Source: Spizellomyces punctatus DAOM BR117 (Eukaryota). From it: a DNA stretch of 64,000 bases. Of this stretch, positions 24,701 through 35,800 are shown piece after piece. The translations under genes and the position numbers were made by a program. The notes under the pieces are model-generated. The model did not search any database. It was not told where the DNA came from and saw nothing but the letters and a program-made list of their open reading frames with translations. Numbering within the stretch: the stretch's first letter is position 1; each line of letters opens with the position of its first letter. The DNA lies in NCBI GenBank assembly GCA_000182565.2, contig KQ257467.1, one strand, 5' to 3'.

Positions 24701-25696
24701 ATGCTTTTTTTGCTTCTGTTCTTGATATTATCTACTCTGGCTGTTTCCCATGTGAGATCGGCCTGTGAGTGTGGTTACATTGACGAGAACGGTAACAGCT
24801 GGATGGATGCCTTGGTTCTTCCTTTCAACAAAATCAACGAATACAATGAACATCCAGACGTTTATTTGAATGACTACGTTCATGGCAAAGCGTTTGGTAA
24901 CTACAGTTACCATCTCGACCCAAAGAACGTTGCTCGAGACGAAAACGGAGACCTCTTATTGTGGACTCGTCCTCCGGTTGGCGGTGTCGTTCCTTCCTCT
25001 CAACTATCGACTCGACGCAGCGATTTCCTTTTAGGAACTTATCGCTCTTTGATTTCCTTTCCGCGTTTGCCGGGTTCTTGTGCTGGTTTCTTTTACTATT
25101 ACAACGATTCTCAAGAGATCGACATTGAATATCTGGGTCAGAAAAGCGATATGCTTTACGTTTCAAGTAAAACCATTCCACTCCCAGATTACAAAGCCAG
25201 CACTTGGGAGAACGTTCCTGTCAGCAAAGGAAGTTTGGAAGACAAATTCATCAATTACCGTTTCGATTGGCTTCCTGATCGAGTCGATTTTTACATGGAT
25301 GATAAAAGGGTTTCAACACTACCTGCCTCACCCAGCATGCCAGGGAAGGTTATGTTGATGCATTGGTCCAGTGGCGATGAGAATTGGAGCGGTACCCCAC
25401 ATGCAGACATTGTTAGCAAATTCAGGAATGTTGCGGCTTTTTTCAACTCCACAAGTCCTACCATCAAGAGAAATTACGATACTTTGTGTCAGGCTCACCG
25501 GCAAGAATCTACAGCGCTGTGCAAAGTTGCTAATTTCTCGACTACCGACCTTTATGGATATAACGAAAACGTCATTCGCCTTTCGGCGTCGAGTACTGAT
25601 GAAACGTCCTCAGCTGTGAGGACCTCACCTTCAATCGACGCAACATGGGTTTCCCTTGTGGCCTGCATAGTGGTTGTCGTCATGTATGTAAGCTAG
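24701..25696 (+). CDS. Glycoside hydrolase family 16, secreted, possibly GPI/membrane anchored; intronless
   Basis: Signal peptide MLFLLLFLILSTLAVSHVRS then ACECGY; catalytic QEIDIE; YRFDWLPDRVDFYMD; HWSSGDENWSG; S/T-rich segment and hydrophobic C-tail. ATG 24701 is preferred over the ORF start at 24494. Confidence 0.9.
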   Translation: MLFLLLFLILSTLAVSHVRSACECGYIDENGNSWMDALVLPFNKINEYNEHPDVYLNDYVHGKAFGNYSYHLDPKNVARDENGDLLLWTRPPVGGVVPSSQLSTRRSDFLLGTYRSLISFPRLPGSCAGFFYYYNDSQEIDIEYLGQKSDMLYVSSKTIPLPDYKASTWENVPVSKGSLEDKFINYRFDWLPDRVDFYMDDKRVSTLPASPSMPGKVMLMHWSSGDENWSGTPHADIVSKFRNVAAFFNSTSPTIKRNYDTLCQAHRQESTALCKVANFSTTDLYGYNENVIRLSASSTDETSSAVRTSPSIDATWVSLVACIVVVVMYVS

Positions 25697-25731
25697 ACAT
25701 TCACCATACGGGAAGAATCTCTCTTTTATTA

Positions 25732-26331
25732 ATGGGAAAAAATACGTCAACGTTGAATGACAAAGGGGGAGCGGAGGTAAGTTCGAAGCCGTCGGAGGAG
25801 TGCGATAAAATATCTACGTCCTTACAATCTTGTGACTTTGTCGGCAAAGGAGCGTTTGGTAGTGTTGTTAACGATTTCAAACAACATGTAATCAAAACGA
25901 TACCATTTACACAAATGGTTGACGAATATGCCATTTCTGTATGGCCGAATCGAGTTGCAAAATAAAGTAGATATAGCTGGAAATCATTGGTTTCCGTGGA
26001 TTGGGACCGAAAGTCATAGGCGCTTGGATTTGTAACGGAATATAAATTATATAGTCATGATAAAAATTGGAGGGAATAACACACAAAAGAGTTCCTCGAA
26101 AGCTATAACCTCACCTAAAGAATAGAAACCTACTAGACCATGGAGTCTCCGAAATGAATTCGTTAGGAATTGACCATAGAGACCTTCGTACAGGGAATGT
26201 AATTGTGGAAAGGCATCGACTTCAAATTTATAGATTTAGGCGAAGCGAAAATGGTTTTGTTGACTGACGAACCCTCCTTAGATACTGAGAGTTTACACGA
26301 CGCAATACAATATCGACTCGAGAATCTTTAA
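25732..26331 (+). pseudogene. Degenerate protein kinase (several frameshifts and stops)
   Basis: Colinear motifs in shifting frames: GKGAFGSV...HVIK (from 25843), GLGPKVIGAWIC (25998), YIVM (26048), HRDLRTGNV (26175), FKFIDLGEA (~26221-26247). Confidence 0.75.
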
Positions 26332-26469
26332 CCTTTTTTTGAAATCACACTCACATCGATATTATCAGTCTGACTGTTGACACCATTGTGTCACATACCT
26401 CCTATCATCCTCATTTAACCTCACATTTCTCATGCTACCCTTTTGAAAACTGGCAAGTATCCGTAATCT

Positions 26470-26537
26470 TTATGAGCACAAGGTGCAAAGAGGACTAGTG
26501 CTTGACCGCTGACTTTAAATGAACAGTTTTCGAGCTT
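26470..26537 (+). repeat. ~70 bp direct repeat, copy 2
   Basis: ttatgagcacaaggtgcaaagaggactagtgcttgaccgctgactttaaatgaacagttttcgagctt; matches 24205-24276. Confidence 0.85.
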
Positions 26538-26617
26538 TATGGACCAACAAGGTTGATACAGAACAACATAATAATAATATTCACCGGTTAAAGACAATAA
26601 AAGGCAACTGCCGATAT

Positions 26618-27202
26618 TTATCTCGTTTCATACACATTGTGCCCAACTTGTTCTATTCGAAATTCCCGCGATCCCTTCTCCTTCACCAACCAATACCTAT
26701 CCAACTTGTATGTATCGTACATACTCGCTGCCAACGTCATAGCCTTGATATGGCTGGGTTTATGCGTTGCTTTCTTGGCAAACTCCCGATTGGCCCATAC
26801 ACACATGGCGAGGCACTCTCGCCGATGATTCAGATCCCCATACCAATACTTTAGAATGCCACCACTTTGCCTTGCTTCCTCGTGTGCCAGCCGGTCCGCT
26901 TCATACAATGCACCGTGGTCGGCATCAGGGTGTCGAATACTTCTAAAGACGACCAAGTACCATCTGCCAGATAGATCTGGATCTAGGGACGCTGCAATGG
27001 CGTTCCAGTTGAAAGCATCCTCGAGCGGAATGGTTCGGTAGTCCACATGGAGGGAATCGAGGTTATGGAGGGCTTTCTCGAGAGCAATATCGGCAGATGT
27101 TATTGTAAGATGGTCGTAGCTTGAGGACGTCTTATTGGTATCGCTGCCGACGATGGAGCTTGCTGCATGGCGAGGAGAGGCGACTACGACGGGGGGTGCC
27201 AT
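26618..27202 (-). CDS. Conserved fungal protein, UPF0643-like
   Basis: Intronless 194 aa ORF with AFNW, WYLVVFRS, LYEADRLAHEEA, SGGILKYWYG, CLAMCVW and AxxxPxHxxA, recalled as the UPF0643 pattern. Confidence 0.7.
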   Translation of the reverse strand: MAPPVVVASPRHAASSIVGSDTNKTSSSYDHLTITSADIALEKALHNLDSLHVDYRTIPLEDAFNWNAIAASLDPDLSGRWYLVVFRSIRHPDADHGALYEADRLAHEEARQSGGILKYWYGDLNHRRECLAMCVWANREFAKKATHKPSHIKAMTLAASMYDTYKLDRYWLVKEKGSREFRIEQVGHNVYETR

Positions 27203-28117
27203 GATAGGATGGAGAATAAACTCGTAAACGGGTCAGCTATCTTTTTGGGCATATTTCAATTGCTTGGTCTTATATAAATGTCAGGTTGGGGGTGAACTGC
27301 CAATGCAAAACTCATCGCGCAATCCAATTGTGCAATCGGGAATACTGATTATGTGATCACATTTGGGGTGTTGCATAAGCACATCACTTTGAATGACAGC
27401 GGCAAATGCAGGCCATTACGAATCTTTTTGCACGGCCATTTGTCTTTTTAGCATCCGTTTTTATTTTGTCAAAATGTGGTCACTATGATGGATGCGGCGA
27501 ATGCAAATGGTAGTGTGGTCAGCTCTTTTGACAACATGCATGCATCGGCGGCCGCCAACGTCTTCAACCTACACCCATACGAGCGACATATACGTAACAT
27601 GCGTCCCAACAATTGACACCCAGACAAGACAAGATGACTGCTGCTCAGATGCTTTCCCTTGTAATAAAAGATGGATCTTGGAAATCCTGCATCATCGACA
27701 TCCAATGCAACGGGTCATGGACATGCACTACCGGGCATGGCTACAAGACGATTGGCAACCCTACCTCCGTATGTTCGTCCTTGTCATCGTTCGTCATTTG
27801 GCTTCAGACTTTCTCCATAGCGTCCATGCAACATTCACAAAAAAGCACACTTGCACAGCACACATGCCAGAAACGCTTTCCAAAGACATGTGACTGTTTG
27901 GATCTTAATATACACTTGATTATTCCAAATCGGGATTATGAAAAGTGAAACGAATCACACTGCAATGTGATTGTAATGCATACTATAATCAAGTCTAATG
28001 CATTAAAGAATGACTTGTATGCATGGATCCCATTCTAATGCAATCTCCACTTGTGCCTCCCCCCCGTCCTCCTGTTGCCGGAAAGCGTTTAACCCTGAAA
28101 TTTCCCACGCAATTGCC

Positions 28118-28277
28118 TATAAAAAGGAACGCCTTTGGTATCCCCCCCCTCCTTCTTCGTGCCCTTTGCAGCCCACCTGGTTTTATTTTTTTTTCTCAAG
28201 GTAAGTCGTTGTGTGTGCGTGTTCAAGTCTTGTTTTTTGCGCGTAACGCTCATCGCGGATTCTCATCTCTCTCGCAG
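28118..28277 (+). promoter_or_regulatory. TATA box and 5'-UTR intron of the fumarate reductase gene
   Basis: TATAAAAA at ~28118; GTAAGT at 28201 to ...tctcgcag at 28277, upstream of ATG 28303. Confidence 0.55.
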
Positions 28278-28302
28278 TCGCACCTCCTTTCAATCGTTTA
28301 TC

Positions 28303-30477
28303 ATGGCCTCTCCACATGTCATTATCATTGGTGGCGGTCTTGCTGGTCTGTCAGCCGCTCACACTGTTTTGGAGCGAGGAGGAAACGTCATTCTTCTCGA
28401 CAAGAACTCGTTCTTGGGTGGTGCGTATGGTTTATTCTCGTTCATTGCGGTTTATGCCAGACAGCTCAATTCTGTGCACGCTTCTCTACAAGGTAACTCT
28501 ACAAAGGCTACTTCTGGAATCAACGGTGCTGGAACGGCCACCCAGAGAAAGCTCAACATCCCGGTAAGTGCTGACTGCGCGCGCAGCTTGGCGAGTGACG
28601 CGTCGTGATTCATTTTTGGTCCGCTTGCTTACACATGCGCTGGTTGCAGGACACATCGGAAATCTTTTACGAGGACTCTGCAAAGTCTGCTCGTGATTTG
28701 ATTGTTCCTCCACTGACCAAGGTCCTCACATACCAGTCTGGCTCGGCCGTTGAATGGATTCAAGAAAAATTCCAGGTGGATCTTTCCTTGGTTGCGCGGT
28801 TGGGTGGACACTCTCAACCCCGTACACACCGTGGAAAGGAAATGTTCCCGGGAATGACCATTACATATGCCCTCATGGAGACACTGGAGGACATTGCAAA
28901 TGCTCAACCCAACCGTGCCAAGGTCATCAAGAAGGCTGATGTGAAGAAGCTTATCAGCGAGAACGGCAAGGTGGTTGGTGTGGAGTACGTCCGCGATGGA
29001 AAGACCTACAAAGAGTCTGGTCCCGTCATTATTGCAACCGGTGGTTATGCGGCAGATTTCACAGAAACATCACTGCTGAAGAAGTACCGGTAAGCTTTTT
29101 CTTTTCCTTATCTTTTCTTTCTGTCATGATTCTGACCAGAAACAAAAAGTCCTGAACTCTGGGATCTCCCAACAACCAACGGTGACCACTGCACTGGTGA
29201 CGGTATCAAGATGACCCTCGCCATTGGTGGTAACACTCTTCACATGGAAAAAGTGCAAGTGCACCCTACTGGTCTTGTGGACCCCAACGAACCCGACGCC
29301 AAGGTCAAGTTCCTTGCTGCTGAGGCTCTTCGCGGTGTTGGTGGTTTGTTGCTCGATGCCAACGGACACCGCTTTTGCGATGAGCTCGGTCACCGTGATT
29401 ACGTGACTGGTATGATGTGGAAGAACAAGGGTCCCTTCCGACTGGTTCTCAACGGCAAGGGTGGAAAAGAGATTGAGTGGCACTGCAAGGTACGTTTACC
29501 CTGGCGTTTCAAGTTTAATGAAAGGATCCTGCAAGCTGACGTTGCTTCACCAGCACTACATGGGTCGTGGCTTGATGAAGCACTTTAAGGGTGCAGACTC
29601 CCTCGCCAAGGAGATGGGTATCTCTGTGAAGACGTTGGAGGAAACCTTCACCAAGTACAATGAAATCGCGCGGACAAAGAAGGATCCTTTTGGCAAAAAG
29701 TTCTTCCACAATGTCCCGTTTGTGCCTGATGACGAATTCTGGGTGGCCATTGTGACCCCCGTTCTCCACTTCACCATGGGTGGTGTTCAGATCGACGAAT
29801 ATTCCAATGTGTTGACCGGAAACGGCCAAAAGCTTCCTGGTTTGTTTGCTTGTGGTGAGGTTGCCGGTGGTGTGCACGGTGCCAACCGTCTTGGTGGCAG
29901 TTCTCTTCTTGGTTGTGTTGTGTACGGGCGTGTAGCCGGTGCAACCGCTGCATCTTACCTTCTGGAAGAGTTGTCTGGCAACTCTGCCGCCCGCCGTATC
30001 GGTGGTATTGCTGGTCACCTTGGTGGTGCCCCCATTTCAATCTCTGTCGGTGGCGTCAACATTGCTCTCAGCTTTGACGGTGCCAGCGGTGCTTCAGCTG
30101 CATCAGCAGGTCCACAAACAGAACCTTTGCCAACCGAAGCCAACACTGGCCCAGAGCCAAAGGGTGAGCCCAAGAAGCAGCAGAAAGAGTACACCTTGGC
30201 CGATGTTGCAAAGCACAACACGGATAAGGACTGTTGGGTCGTTGTAAATGGTCAAGTGTTGGACGCTACCAACTTTTTGAAGGACCACCCTGGTGGCAAG
30301 AAGGCTATCATGTTGTATGCCGGCCGAGATGCAACAGAAGAGTGTAAGTTTGTATCATTTCCTTGCCAGTAGTCTGCGTTTTAACCCTTTTCTCCGTTCG
30401 TAGTCAACATGCTACACAAGCCAGAGGTCGTTGCAAAGTACGCCCCTGAAACCATCATTGGCACTCTGAAGAAATAA
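28303..30477 (+). CDS. OSM1: Soluble fumarate reductase (flavocytochrome c flavin domain) with C-terminal cytochrome b5 domain
   Basis: VIIIGGGLAGL, GGNSTKATSGING, LGGHSQPRTH, IATGGY, QVHPTG, LAAEALRG, LHFTMGG, GVHGANRLGGSSL; b5 domain with KHN...CWVV...DHPGG; canonical introns. Confidence 0.92.
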
Positions 30478-30764
30478 GTAGAGATAGTGTAGATAGTGAG
30501 TTCAGCAGGCTGGATTCTGACAGGAGTAGCGTTAGCCAGCATGACTTTTATATTACAGCATCCAGGGCGGGAGAGTCCTCTGAGAAATTGATTTATTTCG
30601 TGTGCTTTGATTTTTGATTGATTGATTTTGTCTTGAGAATGTGGGCAGATACATGTATGAAATGAGGGCGGAATGGACAAGGATTTGCCACAGTGCATCT
30701 CACACGTCTCATGTCCTTCTAATTTACGTTCTACTATGTACAGAGAGAGTTGGCGTAGACATCT

Positions 30765-31490
30765 TTAGAGTGGGTCCATGCCATGCAGCGAGTCTACTCT
30801 AGGAGGTGGTAAGACTGGTGGGTACCGTCGTGGTCGATGCAACAATTGCGCACTGCCCGTCCGATGAATGGATGTTTTCTTTCGTAGTTTTCCTGCTAGA
30901 GGTAGTGTGGAGTATACAAATGTAGGAACGGCACTTGACTCTTGGGGAGCTCCAAACTGAGCATACGTAGGCGCATGGGATGGTGGACTGCTATTACTGC
31001 ATGGGTGATGTGCTTGGCGACGAATGTGTGCCCTAAAAGGTAAAAAGCACATGTAAGAGTCAATAAGAAAAACAGAAGCCAAACGACAAGAAACCAACCG
31101 TCGTCGTAAAGGTTTGACAATCTGATATTTATATCCCCGTTCCGACTGAATAGTTGCATCGTCGCCTGGGTCCATGATGATATCCACGGTATGTGTATCC
31201 GCATATCGACGCCGATAAAGCGAATACTCTTGATCGACATGATCAACATCGTCATCGAATGTTGACTCGACTCGTTCGTCATCTGTGTATGGTCGGGTGT
31301 TTCCAGTGTGCAATAACGCTCCAGATATGGTTGACAGATTGTACAAGAGAGCTTGTAGATCCGCTTCACTTTCGTCTACTCGTTCGTTGGGGCGGGTAGA
31401 GAGGTGCCAATCTGTGGCGATACGGACTGCGCGGAGCCAGGGTGTTGCGAGTGTGTGTGCGTTGGAGGAGGAGTGGGATTCAGAGGGCAT
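30765..31490 (-). CDS. Hypothetical protein (probably spliced; 3' end uncertain)
   Basis: ATG 31490 (MPSESHSSS) opens a coding-like frame; apparent introns after KPLRRR and after HPMRL; no family recognised. Confidence 0.45.
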   Translation of the reverse strand: MPSESHSSSNAHTLATPWLRAVRIATDWHLSTRPNERVDESEADLQALLYNLSTISGALLHTGNTRPYTDDERVESTFDDDVDHVDQEYSLYRRRYADTHTVDIIMDPGDDATIQSERGYKYQIVKPLRRRLVSCRLASVFLIDSYMCFLPFRAHIRRQAHHPCSNSSPPSHAPTYAQFGAPQESSAVPTFVYSTLPLAGKLRKKTSIHRTGSAQLLHRPRRYPPVLPPPRVDSLHGMDPL

Positions 31491-32813
31491 TTGTGCGCGT
31501 GTGTTTTCTTTTAGAGCAATATTGTTGTTGGGGAATATGTACAAAATACTAATGTAGAAAGGCAGTGATCTTGCCCTGAATAAAAGGGAGAAACACAAAA
31601 AGTAAGGTAAAAGCAAGTCCGTAAAGTCGATAACTATCTTTTATTTTGGGAATGAGCTCCGCCATTGTTGCCTCAATTTGAGGATATTTTAACTCCTTTG
31701 GGGGATCATCCCCCTTCTAAAGTTTAAACATGAACAGATTGCGTAGATCGTTTGAGGCTGAGTTTTTGCTTACGTGATGGGCCCCGTACGCGATTATTTA
31801 TTGGTAAGTTTGGTGGGTTGCCCGCCTCCTTTTCCACCCAGTCGAGTTTTTTTTTGAATACGAGGATTTTGTAGGGAGGCAATGCTATAGTCATTTTGTG
31901 CTCAAGTTTGGTCGTTCTTCTACTCGTAGAATGGCGGGGGGTGGAGGGGCACACACTGGCTCACATTGTAATTTGATACGTGCGCTGGAAATCAAGACTC
32001 GGAGGGGTCGACTGTGATGGCTTTTGACTGGGTCATGGAGCATACATCTTGGCAACATACATCCTCTAGTACTATCTTCTTGCACAAACTGTATAAACAA
32101 ATCGGCGGCTGTGTATTTTCTTTTCAACAGCAGTGTGTGCCTTGAGTGCATTATGCCAGGTGCCATGCATTATCCTGGGGCCAAACTGTCAATGGGATTG
32201 AAATCGAGTGTTTGAATCCTCAACGAATTTCATCCGTAGTAGTAATGCAACGCACACTGAGCGGCTCTTGCTACATTCAGCCCCTTCCTTATACGATATC
32301 CTGCTTTACTTCCCTTTGTCATGCCATCCAATTGCCTTGCGCTGTGGTCCATTTCCGGTTCTTTCCGGTTTCATAGCCAGATCCATCCAGTATGGAGACG
32401 CATTTGTGGCACAGCAACGGGGGCAAGTCGATACTGTGGCCAAACGTCCCATCTTGTGGAGTGTCCATTGAAACCATCTCAAGAACTTGTTGAATTCTTG
32501 TTCAGGCACCCTTTTATTCACGCCGTTCGACAGATACCCTTTGTTGAAACAAGGGTTTTGTAGCTGGCAATTCCAGAGTATATAGTACATTATTGTCGTT
32601 TGGTGGGTAGCGAGGAATTGGGTAGGTAAGGAAAGTTGCAGTTTTGCAGGTTATCTAGTCAACTGCTTGCAGAACCGTATGGGAGGCAATGCAAGGGTTG
32701 TTTTGAAATTGATATCCTTTTACTTGACCTCCTGTTTCAGTGTGAGCTCTGACCACGATCTCCATACTTCCTTTTTTGAAATATCATAGACGCTCACCGG
32801 TTTGCCTACTATC

Positions 32814-35800
32814 ATGGCAATGAGCGGTCATACAGCCCGCCGCTGGTGGGCTATGGTGGTTTTGACTACATTTTGGTCGTTACTGGTTCAGCTCGCATCC
32901 ACTGCTGGAGCGACATCTCTTCATGCACGGGATGGGAGTGTCGGCCGTTACCCTACTACGTTCGAAAGCGTACCACAGAAATTGTTTTACTTTGAAAACT
33001 CTGAGGTTTGTTGTCGAGTAAGATACATTTCTGTGATGCACAGGAATGCTAAATTGCTCCTCCCCTTGACACAGGTCATTCTCATGTACGAAAATGCTAG
33101 AATCTGGCGATCGACTGATGAGGGCCGGACGTGGACAAAGGTCTCAAATATACCTGATCGGTCTGCTACTCTTTTGATTCACCATCCGCATGCCAAGGAC
33201 ACAACGGTAAGGGATGGGCGGGAGTTTGATTCTGGAATGTTGCGTGCTTATGCAGATCTTGCGTGTATAGGCCATCGTCTTGACCCGTGGAAAGGAACAT
33301 TACATAACAACGGATCAAGGGGAGCACTGGAGGACTTTTAGCACTGACCTTGAACTCGTTTATTCCGGTCATGCAAAGTTTGCGTTCAATGCCAAAAAGG
33401 GAAAAGCATCATACATACTTTTTACTGGTGCTAAATGCGAAGGCAGCGATTGGACCAGAACATGTCATGAGGAGGTAATGTAATTTCCAGTAGTGTGTCA
33501 AGCACGACCGTTAAATCCCTGCTCTAATATCTTTATTTGACTGCAAGACATTCTATACAAAAGACAACTTTAAAACTGTGGAAAAGCTGTTGACCTATAC
33601 CACCGAGTGTGTATGGGCGAATGGGTCACCGCATTTCGAGTACCCTTCAGAGGATGCTATTTTCTGTGCAGAATGGCCGGACGACCTGAAACATGGCGAC
33701 TCGTCGCGCAAAGATCCAACACAACTTCGTCTTGTCAAAAGTGACACCTATTTCAAAGATGCCAAGCGTGAGGTTATTCCACTGGGCGGTGGCGGCGCTG
33801 TTGGAATAGGCATTGTTGAGCGGTTTTTGGTCATTGCTGTGGTAAGCTCTTTGAAGTCTTTTACTCGTTGCAATGATGTCTCTCATATCGCCGTTAGAAA
33901 ATGCCGAATACTGGAGCTGCGGAGCTTTTTGTGTCAACGGATGGAAATGTGTTCAGTCGAGCTCGTTTCCCACTGGGAACCAATATGCAGCAGGAGGTGG
34001 GTTTCAACGAGAGATGATGTGAGCAGCCCAATGGGTTGAGTAACCGGAAATATCTAGGCATACACGGTGCTTGAATCATCGACAATGTCACTCGCGATTG
34101 ATATGTTGGCCGGAAAGACTTCGTCAACTCGACCGTCTCTGTATGGAACTCTGTATTTTTCCAATACGAATGGAACGCATTTTGTCAAGTCGTTAGAGCA
34201 TACAAATCGCGCCAGGGGGGGTCACGTTGATTTTGAGAGAATCCAGGCGTCGATTATTCAAGGGATACAACTTGCAAATGTAGTCGTCAATTGGCAAGAG
34301 ATTGAGCGTTCAGGCATTGAAGCAGACAAACAGCTTGCCACAAAGCTCTCCTTTGACAATGGCGGAAGATGGGATTTGCTCCGACCGCCAGCGGTAGATG
34401 CAGAGAAAAAGCAATGGTCTTGCACACCTGCAACCTCCGGGCCCGTCAAGCAAGATTGTGCCCTACACTTTCATTCCGTCACCCATCCACATAATGTGGG
34501 GAGAATATTTTCGACAAGTGGCGCTCCTGGGATCCTAGTCGGGGTGGGGACAGTCGGTCCTTACCTGCAGCCTTACGAAAAGAGTGATACATTCCTCTCA
34601 ACCGACGCTGGGCGAACGTGGATAGCGGCTGCAAAGGGGCCTCATAAGTACGAGATTCTGGATTCCGGGGCAATCATCGTGCTCGTACCAGACAAAGATA
34701 CTACTGACCACGTCATTTATTCAACGGATCATGGGAAATCGTGGCAGTCGGAACCCCTGGAACTCGGAGAGTCGAAGAAATGGAAGCCTTTAATGACAAT
34801 CCTTGATAATGATTCGACATCTCAGAGGATGCTGCTGTTTGCTCAGGATAAGGAGGAGAAGAACAAGTACATGGTGCAACTAGACTTTGGCGATGTATTG
34901 AAACGTCGTTGCGACAATGTGGATCATCCAGAAAACAGCAAAGATTTTGAACTGTGGAGACCTGGCGATAATGTCGGTGGACAGACCTGTCTTCTCGGCA
35001 AGTCAGTCGCATTTTACCGGCGCAAAGCGGATGCAAATTGTTATGTCAAAAAGAAGTTTCAAGCGCTCCCAACCCAGGAGGAGATTTGCGAGTGTGGTGC
35101 TCATGACTATGAGTGTGATGTGGACTTTGTGCGAGATGACTCCCGCCCTGACGATCTTATCTGTAAACCTGTTGGCGATATCAAGGATCAGCCTTTGGAC
35201 TGCAAGCCTGGAGACACATATAATGGCAAATCAGGGTATCGAAAGATTCCTGGGGACGTGTGCAAGAACGACAAGTACCCACTAACGAAAGAAAAAACTT
35301 GCCAAAAAGTGGATCGGCCCATTGGCATAGTGGACCCACCTGCAGGAAGGGATCCGAGCTCCTCAGTAAAAGATTTCGATACCTCTATCGAGCACGTCTT
35401 GTACTTTCGCAAGTCATCTGTCGTCGTCATGCGGACATCCTCGAAGCAAGTATGGCGCAGTAATGATGAAGGCAGTACCTGGGAGCGCGTTCTCGAGGAT
35501 AAAGGACCCATTATGGGCATGGGCCTCCACGAAACTGCTGATAAGCGCGCATTCTTCTTTACGGACAAAGGGGAAATATGGATGACGGACGATGCGCTTG
35601 CTGGTGGCAGCGGTACTTTACGGAAGCTAGACACTCCTAAGCAGTTCAATACCATTGGTCTCCCAATCATTGACTTCCATCCGGATCAGCCGGATTGGTA
35701 CACTTTCCTTGGTGGGGCTCGTGGCTGTAGCTCGAACTCGAAAAATTGCTACACCGAAGCATATATTACCAAAGATAACGGCAAAAGTTGGAAGAGCATT

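Noticed and set aside
27490..27950. Short ORFs with a GTATGT donor between the UPF0643-like and fumarate reductase genes
   Set aside because: No coherent gene model or family motif.
28135..28302. In-frame hydrophobic N-terminal extension of fumarate reductase (possible dual targeting)
   Set aside because: Starts at TTG right after the TATA box and runs through an apparent 5'-UTR intron; no in-frame ATG.
31700..31714. Palindrome gggggat-c-atccccc
   Set aside because: Short, low complexity and isolated; expected by chance.
31890..32590. Minus-strand ORFs upstream of VPS10
   Set aside because: No recognisable motifs and no consistent splice model.
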